Origin: Candidatus Nanopelagicales bacterium
Lineage (GTDB): Bacteria; Actinomycetota; Actinomycetes; S36-B12
Assembly (NCBI GenBank): GCA_017857175.1
Contig: JAFMDS010000006.1
Span: forward strand, 575-64,574
Direction: 5' to 3'
Length of the DNA stretch: 64,000 nt
The position numbers and the translations under genes were made by a program. Positions 18,562 through 29,628 of this stretch are shown in pieces. The notes beneath the pieces are model-generated. The model was not told where the DNA came from and ran no database searches. It saw nothing but the letters and a program-made list of their open reading frames with translations. Numbering within the stretch: the stretch's first letter is position 1; every line of letters begins with the position of its first letter.

Positions 18562-20682
18562 GTGGCAACCGCAAAGAAGGCTCCGGCGTCAAAGTCCGTT
18601 AGTAAAAAAATGACCGATTCGGGCACAGAGTCCTATACTGCCAAGAATCTGGCTGTCCTTGAAGGACTTGAAGCCGTTCGCAAACGCCCAGGTATGTACA
18701 TCGGCTCCAATGATGGTCGAGGACTTATGCATTGCCTCTGGGAGATCGTTGATAACTCGGTTGATGAGGCGCTTGCCGGCTACTGCTCGGAGATTTCAGT
18801 CAAACTTCTCCCTGACGGTTCAGTTGAAGTCAGCGACAATGGTCGTGGAATTCCAATTGACATTGAAAAGCGAACGAAACTCACCGGCGTTGAGGTAGTC
18901 ATGACGAAATTGCATGCGGGTGGCAAATTTGGCGGTGGCTCCTACAACGCATCGGGTGGTCTCCATGGGGTTGGGGCCTCGGTGGTTAACGCGCTCTCAT
19001 CTCGACTTGACGTTGTAGTGCAGCGAACTGGCAAGGCATATGGCATGTCATTTCGCAGGGGCGTTCCGGGTGTATTTGCGGGGGCAGGCCCTGACGTGGA
19101 CTTCAGCAAGAAAAGTGGTTTAGAGGCCCTTGGTAAGGCACCACGAGCCAAGAGCGGAACCACCGTGCGATGGTGGGCAGACCCTCAGGTATTCACCAAG
19201 GATGCCCAATACGATCGAATCCAATTAAGGGATCGCGCCCTTCAAAGCACGTTCTTGGTGCCAGGGCTGACCATTTCTCTAGAAGATTCACGAGACCCAT
19301 CGGATCTATGGGCCGAATCATTCGTGCACAAGGGCGGTATTGCCGAGTATGTGGGTCATTTGGCCAGTGGTGAACTCGTGGGAGGGGTCATTACCCTCAC
19401 AGGCGAGGGCCACTTTGAAGAAACTGTGCCGGTACTAGACGCAGTTGGACATATGTCGAGTCAAACTGTCGCGCGGGACCTTGGTGTGGGTGTAGCCCTC
19501 CAGTGGGACACGGGCTATGAAACCACGCTCAAGTCGTTCGTCAACGTCATTGCCACGCCAAAAGGAGGCACCCATGTGGCGGGGCTAGAACGATCTCTCA
19601 CCAAGGTTTTCAATGAATATCTCAGATCTGCCAAAATCCTGAAGACAAGTGAAGACAATGTCACCAAGGAAGATATCTTTGAAGGATTGACGGCTGTCGT
19701 GGCCGTGCGCCTTGCCGAGCCTCAATTTGAGGGGCAAACGAAGGAGGTCTTGGGCACTCCTGCCGCGTCAAGAATTGTGGCAAATGTTGTGGCGAAGGAA
19801 ATGACCAAGTGGCTGCAAACACCACCTCGGGGCGAGAAAGCAAATGCACGCACGATCGCTGAGAAGGTTGCAAATGCAATGCGTGCTCGCGTCGCAGCGC
19901 GGAGTCACCGCGATACTCAGCGGCGCAAGACTGCACTCGAGTCATCATCGATGCCGGCGAAATTGGTCGATTGTCGTAGCACCGATGTTGCAGAGTCAGA
20001 GTTATTTATTGTTGAAGGCGATAGTGCCCTCGGCACGGCGAAGAGTGCGCGAGACTCCAAGTATCAAGCCCTGCTGCCCATTCGAGGCAAGATTCTCAAT
20101 GTGCAGAAGTCGTCTCTCTCCGACATGCTGAAAAACAATGAATGCGCATCGATCATCCAAGTAATTGGGGCAGGTTCAGGCAGGAGCTTCGATCTAGATC
20201 AGGCACGCTATGGCAAAATCATCTTAATGTCTGACGCCGACGTGGATGGCGCACATATCCGGTGCCTATTGTTGACCTTGATAAATAGATACATGCGCCC
20301 CTTGCTCGAAGATGGCCGTGTATTTGCAGCAGTCCCGCCTTTGCATCGCCTAGAAATTGTCAATGCAGGATCAAAGGCCAATGATGTTGTTTACACCTAT
20401 AGCGATAAAGAAATGAAATCAGTTGTCACTGAAGCAGAGAAGAAAGGCAAGAAAGTGAAGGATCCAATTCAGCGTTACAAGGGTCTGGGAGAGATGGATG
20501 CGTCTCAATTGCGTGAGACAACGATGGATCCCGCGCACAGAACCCTGCGACGCATGACTGTTTCTGATGCAGATATTGCTGGAGATGTATTCGACCTGCT
20601 CATGGGCACTGAGGTCGCCCCTCGCAAGGAATTTATCGTTGGCGGTGCACAATCTCTCGATCGCACAAGGATTGACGCATGA
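18562..20682 (+). CDS. parE: DNA topoisomerase IV subunit B (GyrB paralog)
   Basis: LEGLEAVRKRPGMYIG, EIVDNSVDE, GLHGVG, VEGDSA, PIRGKILN, DADVDG, QRYKGLGEM. Confidence 0.93.
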   Translation: MATAKKAPASKSVSKKMTDSGTESYTAKNLAVLEGLEAVRKRPGMYIGSNDGRGLMHCLWEIVDNSVDEALAGYCSEISVKLLPDGSVEVSDNGRGIPIDIEKRTKLTGVEVVMTKLHAGGKFGGGSYNASGGLHGVGASVVNALSSRLDVVVQRTGKAYGMSFRRGVPGVFAGAGPDVDFSKKSGLEALGKAPRAKSGTTVRWWADPQVFTKDAQYDRIQLRDRALQSTFLVPGLTISLEDSRDPSDLWAESFVHKGGIAEYVGHLASGELVGGVITLTGEGHFEETVPVLDAVGHMSSQTVARDLGVGVALQWDTGYETTLKSFVNVIATPKGGTHVAGLERSLTKVFNEYLRSAKILKTSEDNVTKEDIFEGLTAVVAVRLAEPQFEGQTKEVLGTPAASRIVANVVAKEMTKWLQTPPRGEKANARTIAEKVANAMRARVAARSHRDTQRRKTALESSSMPAKLVDCRSTDVAESELFIVEGDSALGTAKSARDSKYQALLPIRGKILNVQKSSLSDMLKNNECASIIQVIGAGSGRSFDLDQARYGKIILMSDADVDGAHIRCLLLTLINRYMRPLLEDGRVFAAVPPLHRLEIVNAGSKANDVVYTYSDKEMKSVVTEAEKKGKKVKDPIQRYKGLGEMDASQLRETTMDPAHRTLRRMTVSDADIAGDVFDLLMGTEVAPRKEFIVGGAQSLDRTRIDA

Positions 20683-21188
20683 GTTCCTTTGAAGAGATCT
20701 TCCAAGACGTCTTAGTAGGGAATGCGGACTATGCCCGCGAATTCCATGACAGTGCTTTAACGGGAACCGCGCGTAAGGGAATTGCCGTGGTGACCTGCAT
20801 TGATTCCCGTATAGACCCACTGGCGCTCATGGGGATGAGTGCCGGCGATGTCAAGATTTTGCGCAATGCAGGCGCTCGCGTGACCGAAGATGTCCTGAGA
20901 ACACTCGTACTGGCGTCCCATCTATTGGGTGTCTCCCGCGTGCTTGTTTTACCGCATACGGATTGCCGCATGGCGTCCGCAGAAGAGCCCGAGGTACATG
21001 CTGAAATTCTTCGGGTTTCAGGCATCGACTCTCGGGGTATCGAAATCCGGACGGTCACGGATCAGTTGGCTGCTTTGCAAACGGACGTCACTCGAGTCAG
21101 GTCATTTCCGTTGCTTGCACGTGATGTGGAAGTAGCTGGCGCGATTTTTGATGTTCATACCGGAATTTTGATGCCGCAAGAAGTTTAA
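20679..21188 (+). CDS. Beta-class carbonic anhydrase
   Basis: CIDSR, RNAG and HTDC Zn-ligand motifs; ATGA overlap with parE. Confidence 0.9.
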   Translation: MSSFEEIFQDVLVGNADYAREFHDSALTGTARKGIAVVTCIDSRIDPLALMGMSAGDVKILRNAGARVTEDVLRTLVLASHLLGVSRVLVLPHTDCRMASAEEPEVHAEILRVSGIDSRGIEIRTVTDQLAALQTDVTRVRSFPLLARDVEVAGAIFDVHTGILMPQEV

Positions 21189-21212
21189 TCGAGCACGAGG
21201 AGTATCGAGAGA

Positions 21213-22541
21213 ATGTCGAGAGTAGCAGTGGTTGGCGCTGGGCCAGCGGGTATTTATGCGGCTGAGCATCTATCAACGGTGCACGGATATCAAGTTGATG
21301 TTTTTGATGCGCTACCTGTTCCTTTCGGCCTAGTCAGGTACGGGGTTGCCCCAGATCACTTTTCAATTCGATCAGTGAGGGACAAACTCACCGATACCTT
21401 CGAAAGCCCTCTCGTGCGTTTTCGAGGGAATGTTCACATCGGAACTGATGTATCGACCGCGGAATTAGCCTCATGGTACGACGCAGTGATGTACACCTAC
21501 GGAGCGTCTGCCGATCGTGCTTTGGGTATACCGGGCGAAGTGAGTCCGGCGAGCATCCCTGCAACTGAATTTGTCAAGTGGTACACGGGGCATCCGGATG
21601 CTCAGGATTTTGGCGAGCTATTGCGCACGTCCGAGCAAGTGATCGTTATTGGCCTTGGAAACGTAGCCGTTGATGTAACCCGATTGCTGGTCAAGTCCAT
21701 CGTAGAACTCAGGGCCACAGACATGCCCGATCATGTTTTGGATTCATTTGAAAAAAGTGCCGTCCGTCATGTCCATGTCGTCGGTCGTCGCGGTCCACAA
21801 CATGCAACCTTTACCACCAAGGAACTTAAGGAGTTGGGGGAACTCGAGGGCGTTGAGGTCATTCTGGATCCAAGGGATCTCCCCGCGGATGATGCAATCG
21901 CGAGTTCTGGTAGCAAAGTAGTTGAGCGAAATCTCAAGGTGATGCGGCAATGGAGTCAGGGTCATGGTGAGAGCCATGGTGAAGTTCTCAATGCATCAAG
22001 TAAAAAAATCGAGTTCCATTTTTATTCGACACCGCAGTCATTTGATTCTAAACAGCGATCACTGATAGTAGAACGTATGCAGTTGTCGAGCGATAACACC
22101 GTGATGGGGACTGGAACCTATGAATCGATTCCCGCAGACATAGTCATTAGAAGCGTTGGTTACCGAGGTTTGCCACTGGAGGGCCTGCCTTTTAATGATC
22201 GTATGAACGTGATTCCGAGCCATGAGGGCAAGGTTGAAGGATTATCGGAGACCTATGTTGCAGGGTGGATCAAGCGCGGTCCTTCAGGAATCATTGGAAC
22301 GAATAAGAAGGATGCTGTTGCGTCGGTTGAATCGCTTGCGACCGATTTGAACGAGCGCCATTCAGTGGCAATCGATAGCCAAGAAATTGACGAGATTTTG
22401 CATGCTCGGGGCGTGAAATACATTGATTTCGAAGGCTGGAAAAGGATCAATGCGGCTGAAATCGCGCTGGGCGCGAGCAAAGATCGCGCACGCACCACGA
22501 TTCATGAGCGAGAAAAGTTAATTGAAATCGGCCTCAGCTGA
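21213..22541 (+). CDS. Ferredoxin--NADP+ reductase (FprA/adrenodoxin reductase family)
   Basis: GAGPAG, PFGLVRYGVAPDH, GNVAVD, GRRGP, GWIKRGPSGIIGTN. Confidence 0.92.
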   Translation: MSRVAVVGAGPAGIYAAEHLSTVHGYQVDVFDALPVPFGLVRYGVAPDHFSIRSVRDKLTDTFESPLVRFRGNVHIGTDVSTAELASWYDAVMYTYGASADRALGIPGEVSPASIPATEFVKWYTGHPDAQDFGELLRTSEQVIVIGLGNVAVDVTRLLVKSIVELRATDMPDHVLDSFEKSAVRHVHVVGRRGPQHATFTTKELKELGELEGVEVILDPRDLPADDAIASSGSKVVERNLKVMRQWSQGHGESHGEVLNASSKKIEFHFYSTPQSFDSKQRSLIVERMQLSSDNTVMGTGTYESIPADIVIRSVGYRGLPLEGLPFNDRMNVIPSHEGKVEGLSETYVAGWIKRGPSGIIGTNKKDAVASVESLATDLNERHSVAIDSQEIDEILHARGVKYIDFEGWKRINAAEIALGASKDRARTTIHEREKLIEIGLS

Positions 22542-23345
22542 CGATTGAACAACCCGATCGACAACGAAATGTGAGGTCATGCCGTCTTCATCGATGCATG
22601 ACTTTCGGGCGGGGCCGAATTCCTTCAGTGAAATGTGAAATTCATAGTGAGAGTTATCGGTGAAAATTTCGTGTGAATGGTCCGAATCAGGGCACTCCTG
22701 CGGCGGAAAGTCGGTGTCGATCTGACTGGCTCTTTCGAGATAGGAATTGATTAGTTGGAGGCAGGGGATCTCATGGGAGCGCCCCCTGACGAATTGGCCA
22801 TCAATGTGTCCGGTAGTCAACAGCATTTGCGCCGCATCGATCGTGAGCCGTCCAAGCACGAGATTATCGGGCAAATAGAGAGCAGTTGGAGCAAAACGAT
22901 GTCCACCAAGGTGGGTGCATTCCCAAATCGTTGAGTATTCGGACTCGCTCAGGGTTGCTTCCAACTGCGTCAGAAGGTTTCGACCCTCAATGGCACAACA
23001 TTTGTCACGTTTTCCATTTGTACAAATCAACAGTAGAGGAGTCGCCGGAGTGCAGGAGTCTAGGTCTGGTAGTTCTTCTGCGGAAGCGCGAGTGCCTACG
23101 CGTAAGCCCGTCGTGGGTTCAGAAACCCAATAGCGCAGGAAATTTCCGGGAGTCCTTTTGTCACGGTGCCTGGCCAGAAGAATCTTAAGATTTCTGCGTT
23201 CGGCCCAGGCAGTCACTTCGGGCGTGACACGCGCCTCGACTGCCCTGGCTGGCCATGTTCCAGGGGATTCAAGCACCAGCCATCCACGTGCATAGGGGGC
23301 AGATCCGAGCAGTGGCAGTTCCAACGATTCAGTGCTGCACGTCAT
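22518..23345 (-). CDS. Sucrase/ferredoxin-like protein
   Basis: [10 protein letters not shown] and [13 protein letters not shown] motifs; ATGA overlap with parC. Confidence 0.88.
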   Translation of the reverse strand: MTCSTESLELPLLGSAPYARGWLVLESPGTWPARAVEARVTPEVTAWAERRNLKILLARHRDKRTPGNFLRYWVSEPTTGLRVGTRASAEELPDLDSCTPATPLLLICTNGKRDKCCAIEGRNLLTQLEATLSESEYSTIWECTHLGGHRFAPTALYLPDNLVLGRLTIDAAQMLLTTGHIDGQFVRGRSHEIPCLQLINSYLERASQIDTDFPPQECPDSDHSHEIFTDNSHYEFHISLKEFGPARKSCIDEDGMTSHFVVDRVVQSSAEADFN

Positions 23346-25807
23346 TTGACGATGGTCTTGAATGAATTCAGGTCGCCGCTTATGGCATCGACAGGGTGGG
23401 TGAGTGGCGTTCCCGTGCCATCGCGACGATCATCTGCCTCGGGCATCGTAGTGGGAGCGCCACCGGATGTGGCGCCGCGAATTGGTGCCGGACCAGCCCA
23501 TGCCCGCAGCAGTGTGTCTTCACCCGATCGGAACTTGTGGCATCTCACGCCTGCGGTCGCCCTGCCTTTCGAGGGGTAGAGATTGAAGTGGGTCACTTTG
23601 GCATTGCCCAATTCAGTTCCCGGTAATGCAAGGCTGGAACCGGAAATGGTGGCAACCACGTTGTCGAGAAGTGGATCAATTATCCCGCAAAAAATTATGC
23701 CGCCCTCTAAAACTTTCATACCGGCCACACCACCTGCCGAACGACCTTGGGCACGAATACCTGCTAATGGGAAGTGCAAGAGTTGACCAGCACTCGAAAT
23801 GAAGACTATTTCGGCGTTCTTGGGCGTGGAATCATTTAGTGCAATAGCACCGACAACGCGATCAGAGCCCTCAAGCCGAATGAGGTCCCAACTGGGACGT
23901 CCGATTGCGTGGCCGGCTGCAAGCCGTTTAATGGTGCCTTCGCTGGTTCCTAGGAGGATCTCTGCATCGAGGGGAGCAAGAGCAACGACATGTTCATCCT
24001 TTTCGAGATCAAGGAAAGCGCCGAGGGGCGCACCGCCTCCGATGCCGGGAATCCCAGAGGTCGGAGGTATCGCCGGAATATCAACGACAGAGACGCGGTG
24101 AATAAGTCCGTGTGAGGTAATGACTCCAATTTCACCGCGGGTGGTCGCGTCGCTAGCCGAGACTATTGCGTCATGTGATTGGCGGTTCGCCCCTGCTTGT
24201 TCGGGGTTTGGGCTTGTAGTGAGACTTGACGTGCGTGCCAGCAGACCCGTGCTGGACAGCAAAACGACACAGGGCTCATCCGTTACTTCTAGTGATGCGG
24301 GTGAAGTGACGGAGGGTAGTTGCGATGCCTCGAGAAGTAGTGTTCTGCGCGCGGTTGCGTGATTGGAGGCGACATCGCGAAGTTCATCGCTTACTACGTC
24401 TCGGAGTCGAGCCTCGTTGGTGAGGAGTTCTTCCAAGTTCTCTATCGTGGATCTAAGTTGATCAGACTCTTTCTCGATATCGAGACGCGAGAATTTAGTG
24501 AGTCGTCGAAGTGGCATTTCAAGGATGTAGTTTGTTTGGATTTCGGTGAGATCGAAAATTTCTATCAGTCGAGTTCGCGCCGCGGCGGTGTCATCGCTCT
24601 CTCGGATGACTTGGATTACTTCATCGATATCGAGAATCGCGATGAGCAATCCTTCAAGGAGATGGAGGCGCTCGCGCGCGATTCGTTGGCGATACTGACT
24701 GCGGCGGGTGACAACTTCGAGGCGATGTTGAATGAAAACTGTGATCAGTTCACGCAGCCCCAAAGTTCGAGGTTCACCATCGACCAGGGTGACTGCATTT
24801 ATGGTGAATGACTCCTCGAGCGGCGTGAGCTTAAACAACTGCTCGAGGACCGCTTCGGGGGAAAACGCGCTCTTGCACTCAATAACAAGGTTGAGCCCAG
24901 AGTCGCCGTCGGTGAGGTCAACAATGTCTGAGATGCCCTGCAATTTTTTGGCAATGACAAGGTCCTTCACGCGCTCGATGACCCGTTCGGGTCCGACACT
25001 AGAGGGAAGTTCAGTAACAACAATCCCACGTTTGCGGGGGGATACCTGCTCGATTCTGGTACGTGCTCGCACTCGGAATGATCCTCGCCCCGTTTCGTAG
25101 GCCTCTCGGATCCCGTCAAGGCCGGAGATCACCCCACCAGTTGCAAAATCTGGTCCGGGAACAAACGTCATGAGTTCGTCTAGGGAGGCATCGGGGTGTG
25201 CAATGAGGTGACGGGTCGCATTGACAACCTCAGCAAGATTGTGCGGTGCAAGATTCGTTGCCATGCCAACGGCAATGCCACTCGCTCCATTGACCAAAAG
25301 ATTGGGAAATGCAGCAGGGAGCACGGTTGGCTCAACCTCGCGACCATCGTAATTAGGCGTGAAATCGACAACCTCCTCATCGATTCCTGAGGTCATTTCG
25401 AGGGCACTTGTGGCTAATCTGGTCTCGGTGTATCGCATTGCTGCGGGGCCATCGTCAAGCGAGCCAAAATTTCCATGGCCATCGATGAGCGGCAATCGTA
25501 GAGAGAAGTCCTGAGCCATACGCACGAGTGCGTCATAGATCGCGGAATCACCGTGGGGATGGAGGCGGCCCATAACCTCACCGACGACACGGGCGCTCTT
25601 GACGTGACCTCGATCAGGCCTCAATCCCATCTGGGCCATCTGGAACAAAATACGACGCTGCACAGGCTTGAGGCCATCGCGTGCATCGGGCAGGGCACGC
25701 GAATAGATGACCGAGTATGCGTACTCAAGGAATGAGCCCTTCATCTCTTCGGCGACGTCAATATCAATTACTTTTGACTGCCGAGAAGTGCCTTTCTTGG
25801 CGCTCAT
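23342..25807 (-). CDS. parC: DNA topoisomerase IV subunit A (GyrA paralog)
   Basis: [44 protein letters not shown]. Confidence 0.93.
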   Translation of the reverse strand: MSAKKGTSRQSKVIDIDVAEEMKGSFLEYAYSVIYSRALPDARDGLKPVQRRILFQMAQMGLRPDRGHVKSARVVGEVMGRLHPHGDSAIYDALVRMAQDFSLRLPLIDGHGNFGSLDDGPAAMRYTETRLATSALEMTSGIDEEVVDFTPNYDGREVEPTVLPAAFPNLLVNGASGIAVGMATNLAPHNLAEVVNATRHLIAHPDASLDELMTFVPGPDFATGGVISGLDGIREAYETGRGSFRVRARTRIEQVSPRKRGIVVTELPSSVGPERVIERVKDLVIAKKLQGISDIVDLTDGDSGLNLVIECKSAFSPEAVLEQLFKLTPLEESFTINAVTLVDGEPRTLGLRELITVFIQHRLEVVTRRSQYRQRIARERLHLLEGLLIAILDIDEVIQVIRESDDTAAARTRLIEIFDLTEIQTNYILEMPLRRLTKFSRLDIEKESDQLRSTIENLEELLTNEARLRDVVSDELRDVASNHATARRTLLLEASQLPSVTSPASLEVTDEPCVVLLSSTGLLARTSSLTTSPNPEQAGANRQSHDAIVSASDATTRGEIGVITSHGLIHRVSVVDIPAIPPTSGIPGIGGGAPLGAFLDLEKDEHVVALAPLDAEILLGTSEGTIKRLAAGHAIGRPSWDLIRLEGSDRVVGAIALNDSTPKNAEIVFISSAGQLLHFPLAGIRAQGRSAGGVAGMKVLEGGIIFCGIIDPLLDNVVATISGSSLALPGTELGNAKVTHFNLYPSKGRATAGVRCHKFRSGEDTLLRAWAGPAPIRGATSGGAPTTMPEADDRRDGTGTPLTHPVDAISGDLNSFKTIVK

Positions 25808-25873
25808 TTCCCTGCTCTCTCTAGTTGTTCGCTGTACGGGGCACCAGAATTACTGTGCCTGCGACGATTGTGC

Positions 25874-26866
25874 TCAATCGAGAGCATATGGGCTAGCACC
25901 GACACGGCTGATCGCCTCAGATGCCAACCTGACACCGGCTTCAAGGGCGGGCAGCACCGCAGCGGCGGTAAGCCATGAGCCGAGAAATCCGGCGTTGAAT
26001 GCATCCCCGGCACCAGTGGTCGACTTAACTTGCGTGGCGGCAACCACAGAAGCGGGGACTGCTTCTGTGGTGCTGGCTGCAGCTATAGCCCCCCGAGGCC
26101 CCAAGGTAATGACTGCCACCGGATCGACACTCTCTGTGCAAAGTAGACCACGAAGTTCCGTTGCTAGGTTCATCGCACTTGTTTCGCTTTTCAATACGGG
26201 TAGATCTAAGAATGTCTGCGCGAGTGCGATGGCTTCCTGTTCATTTGCGAGCAGGATGTCGGCCCGAGCCAAGGCAGTCCTTATGCGATCTGAATGACTA
26301 CTCACAAGGGTATGCGCAGATGGATCGAAGCTGATACTCATTCCGAGGGAGCGCGCATGGTCCATGGCCACAAGGGCGGTGGCTCCGGCCGTCTCGTGAA
26401 AAAGGGCGTACCCAGATACATGCAGGTGTTGCGGTGTTGGCACATGCGCCCAGAGCTCGAACAGTTGATCGATGGAAAGATGCTCATTGGCTCCTGCGCT
26501 CGGAATCATTGTTCGTTCACCGGAAGACTCGGTAACAACGATGCAGGTCCCCGTTGGATACTGGCTAAATGTATGGAGCTTCAGGTGGAGACAAGGTCGA
26601 GATAGTCGCGACTTGATGGTTGCGCCCATTGAGTCGCTACCAACGGCCCCCAGAAGATAAGTCAATTTTCCAGACTCAGCTAACCAGGAAGCAGTATTAG
26701 CGGCGCTACCGCCCACATCAAATGTGATGCTTGATGGAAGATCGCTACCTCTGGCAAGGGTTAATGCCTCTAATGAATCCAAAGGTGCGCAGATGTCCAT
26801 CATGAGATCACCCATGACGATGATGGCGCCCGTGTGAGAATTACCTGTCATGTCACCCATGCCCAA
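25874..26866 (-). CDS. PfkB-family kinase, probable pseudouridine kinase
   Basis: GGSAANTA, TTGAGDAFNAG; directly downstream of psuG. Confidence 0.8.
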   Translation of the reverse strand: MGMGDMTGNSHTGAIIVMGDLMMDICAPLDSLEALTLARGSDLPSSITFDVGGSAANTASWLAESGKLTYLLGAVGSDSMGATIKSRLSRPCLHLKLHTFSQYPTGTCIVVTESSGERTMIPSAGANEHLSIDQLFELWAHVPTPQHLHVSGYALFHETAGATALVAMDHARSLGMSISFDPSAHTLVSSHSDRIRTALARADILLANEQEAIALAQTFLDLPVLKSETSAMNLATELRGLLCTESVDPVAVITLGPRGAIAAASTTEAVPASVVAATQVKSTTGAGDAFNAGFLGSWLTAAAVLPALEAGVRLASEAISRVGASPYALD

Positions 26867-26887
26867 GTAGCTTCGTGAAGTGCCACA

Positions 26888-27835
26888 TCAGTCGGTGTCA
26901 GTCTCCGGGCTTGTTTTTGTTGCCACAGCAATGCGTGCAGCCAATTCTGAATTTCGAACAATGATATTTGCATTTACCACCAAACTCTGCCCGTGAGTTG
27001 TTCGGTGGAAAAAGTCGAGAAGAAATGGAGTGACCGCCTTGCCCGTGATGTTTCGACTCTGGGCGAGTGCCAAGCCCTCGGTCAGGACTCGGTCATGAAG
27101 ATCAGGATCCAACTGTTGGTCATTGGGTAGGGGATTGGCCACGATGAGACCCGTTGACACATTGAGTTTCCTGCGAGCTTTAATAACGGCCGCGATATCT
27201 GAAGGATCCGAAAGGTACCAATCGAGAGTGAAGCCGGAATCTGTTAGGTAAAAACCAGGGAATTGTTCCGAACCGTATCCAACCACTCCGATACTGAGTG
27301 TTTCCAGACGTTCGAGCGTCGCGCCGACATCGAGAATGGATTTAACGCCAGAACAGACCACTGTCATCGGTATTGAACCAAGAGCCGTTAGATCGGCTGA
27401 TTCATCCCAACTGTCACGCGCCTGACGGTGGACCCCGCCCAAGCCTCCAGTAGCGAATACTTCGATTCCCGCCAAATGGGCTAGGTGACTCGTGGCTGCG
27501 ACGGTGGTTGCGGCATAGCCGCGTCGGGCGCTGACAATACCTAGGTCCCGAATACTTGCCTTGGATACGTCATCACGGGTGGCGATTTCGGTTATCTGGT
27601 CAGATGTAAGACCAATGTGAGCGACGCCGTTGAGCACAGCAATCGTTGCCGGGATTGCTCCGCGGGAGCGGACTGTGTCTTCTACTTCGTTCGCGACTCG
27701 AATATTCTCTGGTCGCGGCAAACCATGACTGATAATTGTAGATTCAAGGGCGACCACGGCTTTCCCAGAGTCAATGGCTTTTTGGACATCGGGGTGAACG
27801 TGGAAGAAGTCTGGATCTATGGGTGTGGAGGTCAC
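26888..27835 (-). CDS. psuG: Pseudouridine-5'-phosphate glycosidase
   Basis: VVALESTIISHG, ATTVAAT, FATGGLGGVHR, DESADL, KSILD, GKAVTPFLL. Confidence 0.95.
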   Translation of the reverse strand: MTSTPIDPDFFHVHPDVQKAIDSGKAVVALESTIISHGLPRPENIRVANEVEDTVRSRGAIPATIAVLNGVAHIGLTSDQITEIATRDDVSKASIRDLGIVSARRGYAATTVAATSHLAHLAGIEVFATGGLGGVHRQARDSWDESADLTALGSIPMTVVCSGVKSILDVGATLERLETLSIGVVGYGSEQFPGFYLTDSGFTLDWYLSDPSDIAAVIKARRKLNVSTGLIVANPLPNDQQLDPDLHDRVLTEGLALAQSRNITGKAVTPFLLDFFHRTTHGQSLVVNANIIVRNSELAARIAVATKTSPETDTD

Positions 27836-27865
27836 GCAACGACATTAGCCGTAGACTCGGACACG

Positions 27866-28441
27866 ATGAAATCCGGTCTCCTCGAGGATCAGCTCCGATC
27901 TGATCTTGAACGCAATGGGTACTATCCCCAACTTGTATTTGACGCCCTCGCCACGGCACTGGGGGAGGAATCACTTGGATCATTCGTTGTTCACCACGAG
28001 GCCGCATTTGATCGCGATGAGTTACGTCGCCACATGACCGTTCTTGCGCTCACCGCGACTCGTCTTTTAGTGAGCCACACAGACGAGCATAGTCACGACG
28101 GTATGCCATTTGCCTCAAGTTCGACCGAAGGAGTCCGTCTCGAGAAAGTTGATTCGGTGGTTGTAACCCGAGTCGTCCGTGACCCCGCCAATGTCAAAGA
28201 CTCAACCGGCACCACTGAAGTCGTTGTCACCATTGGCTGGGGAGCCGTGAGTCGCATTGAACTCGAACCAGCAAGCTGTGGGGATCCGTCTTGCGATGCA
28301 GATCATGGCTACACGGGTACATCAAGTAACGACGATTTTTCAATCAGGGTCTCTGAGGCTGCAGACGGAACTGATGTGGTGGAGCAAGTTCTAGCCTTTG
28401 CCGCGGCGCTTTCACAAGCGACCGCCTCAAGATTGAGTTGA
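27866..28441 (+). CDS. DUF5998 family protein
   Basis: GYYPQLV, ELRRHMTVLALT, GWGAVSRIELEPASCGDPSCDADHGYTG; ATG 27866 follows a TAGACT -10. Confidence 0.85.
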   Translation: MKSGLLEDQLRSDLERNGYYPQLVFDALATALGEESLGSFVVHHEAAFDRDELRRHMTVLALTATRLLVSHTDEHSHDGMPFASSSTEGVRLEKVDSVVVTRVVRDPANVKDSTGTTEVVVTIGWGAVSRIELEPASCGDPSCDADHGYTGTSSNDDFSIRVSEAADGTDVVEQVLAFAAALSQATASRLS

Positions 28442-28469
28442 GAACTGCCTACCCAACGGCTGCAGAACA

Positions 28470-29591
28470 ATGAATGAAATAGACCTGCCATCGTTGAAAG
28501 ATGTTCTGCCGTCAGCTGCAAATGCACTTGGTCACGTACTCACTGAATCACAGTTCCTTCCAATTCCAGCGTCGAGGCATGTAGTAGTCATCCTCATCGA
28601 TGGGCTAGGCGAAGTCTCCCTGAACAGGCACTCGAAGGCGGCGACTGTGTTCGGATCCTCTGGCGCAGTGCAACTTCAAACAGAGTTTCCCAGTACAACC
28701 CCGGTTGCCCTCGGATCCTTGGGCACAGGATTGCCACCCGGTGCCCACGGCTTTGTGGGCGCGAGTTTTTGGCTCCCTGATTCAGAAACCATGTTGTCTC
28801 CTCTCAAATGGGGATCCGAGCCACACCCAATTTCCATGGCCCCTGAGCCAACAATCTTCGAGCTAGCCGAGACGTCTGGCATTTCAACGGCAACTATTGG
28901 AAAGATGAAGCACATCAACTCAGGAATAACCCGCTCGGTGCTCCGTGGGAGCAGGTACCTCGCTGCTGAGAACCTAGAGGAGATGAAAGTAGGCATTGCG
29001 CAGCGGCTCAGGGATACTCGGCTGAGCAAACAAGCGGGGCTCACCTACGCGTACTGGCCCGAACTTGATCGAGTGGGGCATGTACACGGCCCTGAATCGA
29101 GTGAATGGATCGCAGAGTTCCAAAGGGTGGGCTTATTTGTTGAATCCATTGCTAGTGACCTGGCTTCGGATGAATCGTGTGTTGTGGTGTCTGATCACGG
29201 CATGGTTATATGCCCACCGGAGAGCCGAATATCTATCGACGACGAACCAAATCTCATGGAAGGTGTTCGCCGCATCGGGGGTGAACCGCGCATGCGTCAC
29301 ATATATGTGGAGCAGGGAGCGGAACTGGATGTTGCTCATACTTGGAAAGCCGTAGCGGGGGAGCGTGCCATGATCCTCGAACGTGACCAGGCAATTGCTC
29401 AAGGTCTATTCAGGGTGTCAGATAGTGAGATTAAGGAACGTATCGGAGATTTCGTGGTGATCTCATTAGGCGACACCATGTTCACTAGTTCAACCGATCC
29501 TCGGACCTCATCGTTATTGGGTCAACATGGGTCACTGTCGCCTGAGGAAATGCATATCCCATTTAGGGTCTTCTCAGGAAGTGGGGCGTGA
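28470..29591 (+). CDS. Alkaline phosphatase / nucleotide pyrophosphatase family protein
   Basis: IDGLG, FPSTT, LDRVGH, SDHGM, GQHGSL. Confidence 0.88.
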   Translation: MNEIDLPSLKDVLPSAANALGHVLTESQFLPIPASRHVVVILIDGLGEVSLNRHSKAATVFGSSGAVQLQTEFPSTTPVALGSLGTGLPPGAHGFVGASFWLPDSETMLSPLKWGSEPHPISMAPEPTIFELAETSGISTATIGKMKHINSGITRSVLRGSRYLAAENLEEMKVGIAQRLRDTRLSKQAGLTYAYWPELDRVGHVHGPESSEWIAEFQRVGLFVESIASDLASDESCVVVSDHGMVICPPESRISIDDEPNLMEGVRRIGGEPRMRHIYVEQGAELDVAHTWKAVAGERAMILERDQAIAQGLFRVSDSEIKERIGDFVVISLGDTMFTSSTDPRTSSLLGQHGSLSPEEMHIPFRVFSGSGA

Positions 29592-29628
29592 TGCAGCACT
29601 TGATCCGTTGCCGTGAAAGTATTGCGCC

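Noticed and set aside
21960-21983. Short duplication encoding GHGESHGE in the ferredoxin reductase
   Set aside because: Small in-frame loop duplication with no evident function
27617-27865. N-terminal extension of DUF5998
   Set aside because: Overlaps psuG on the opposite strand; a -10 precedes ATG 27866
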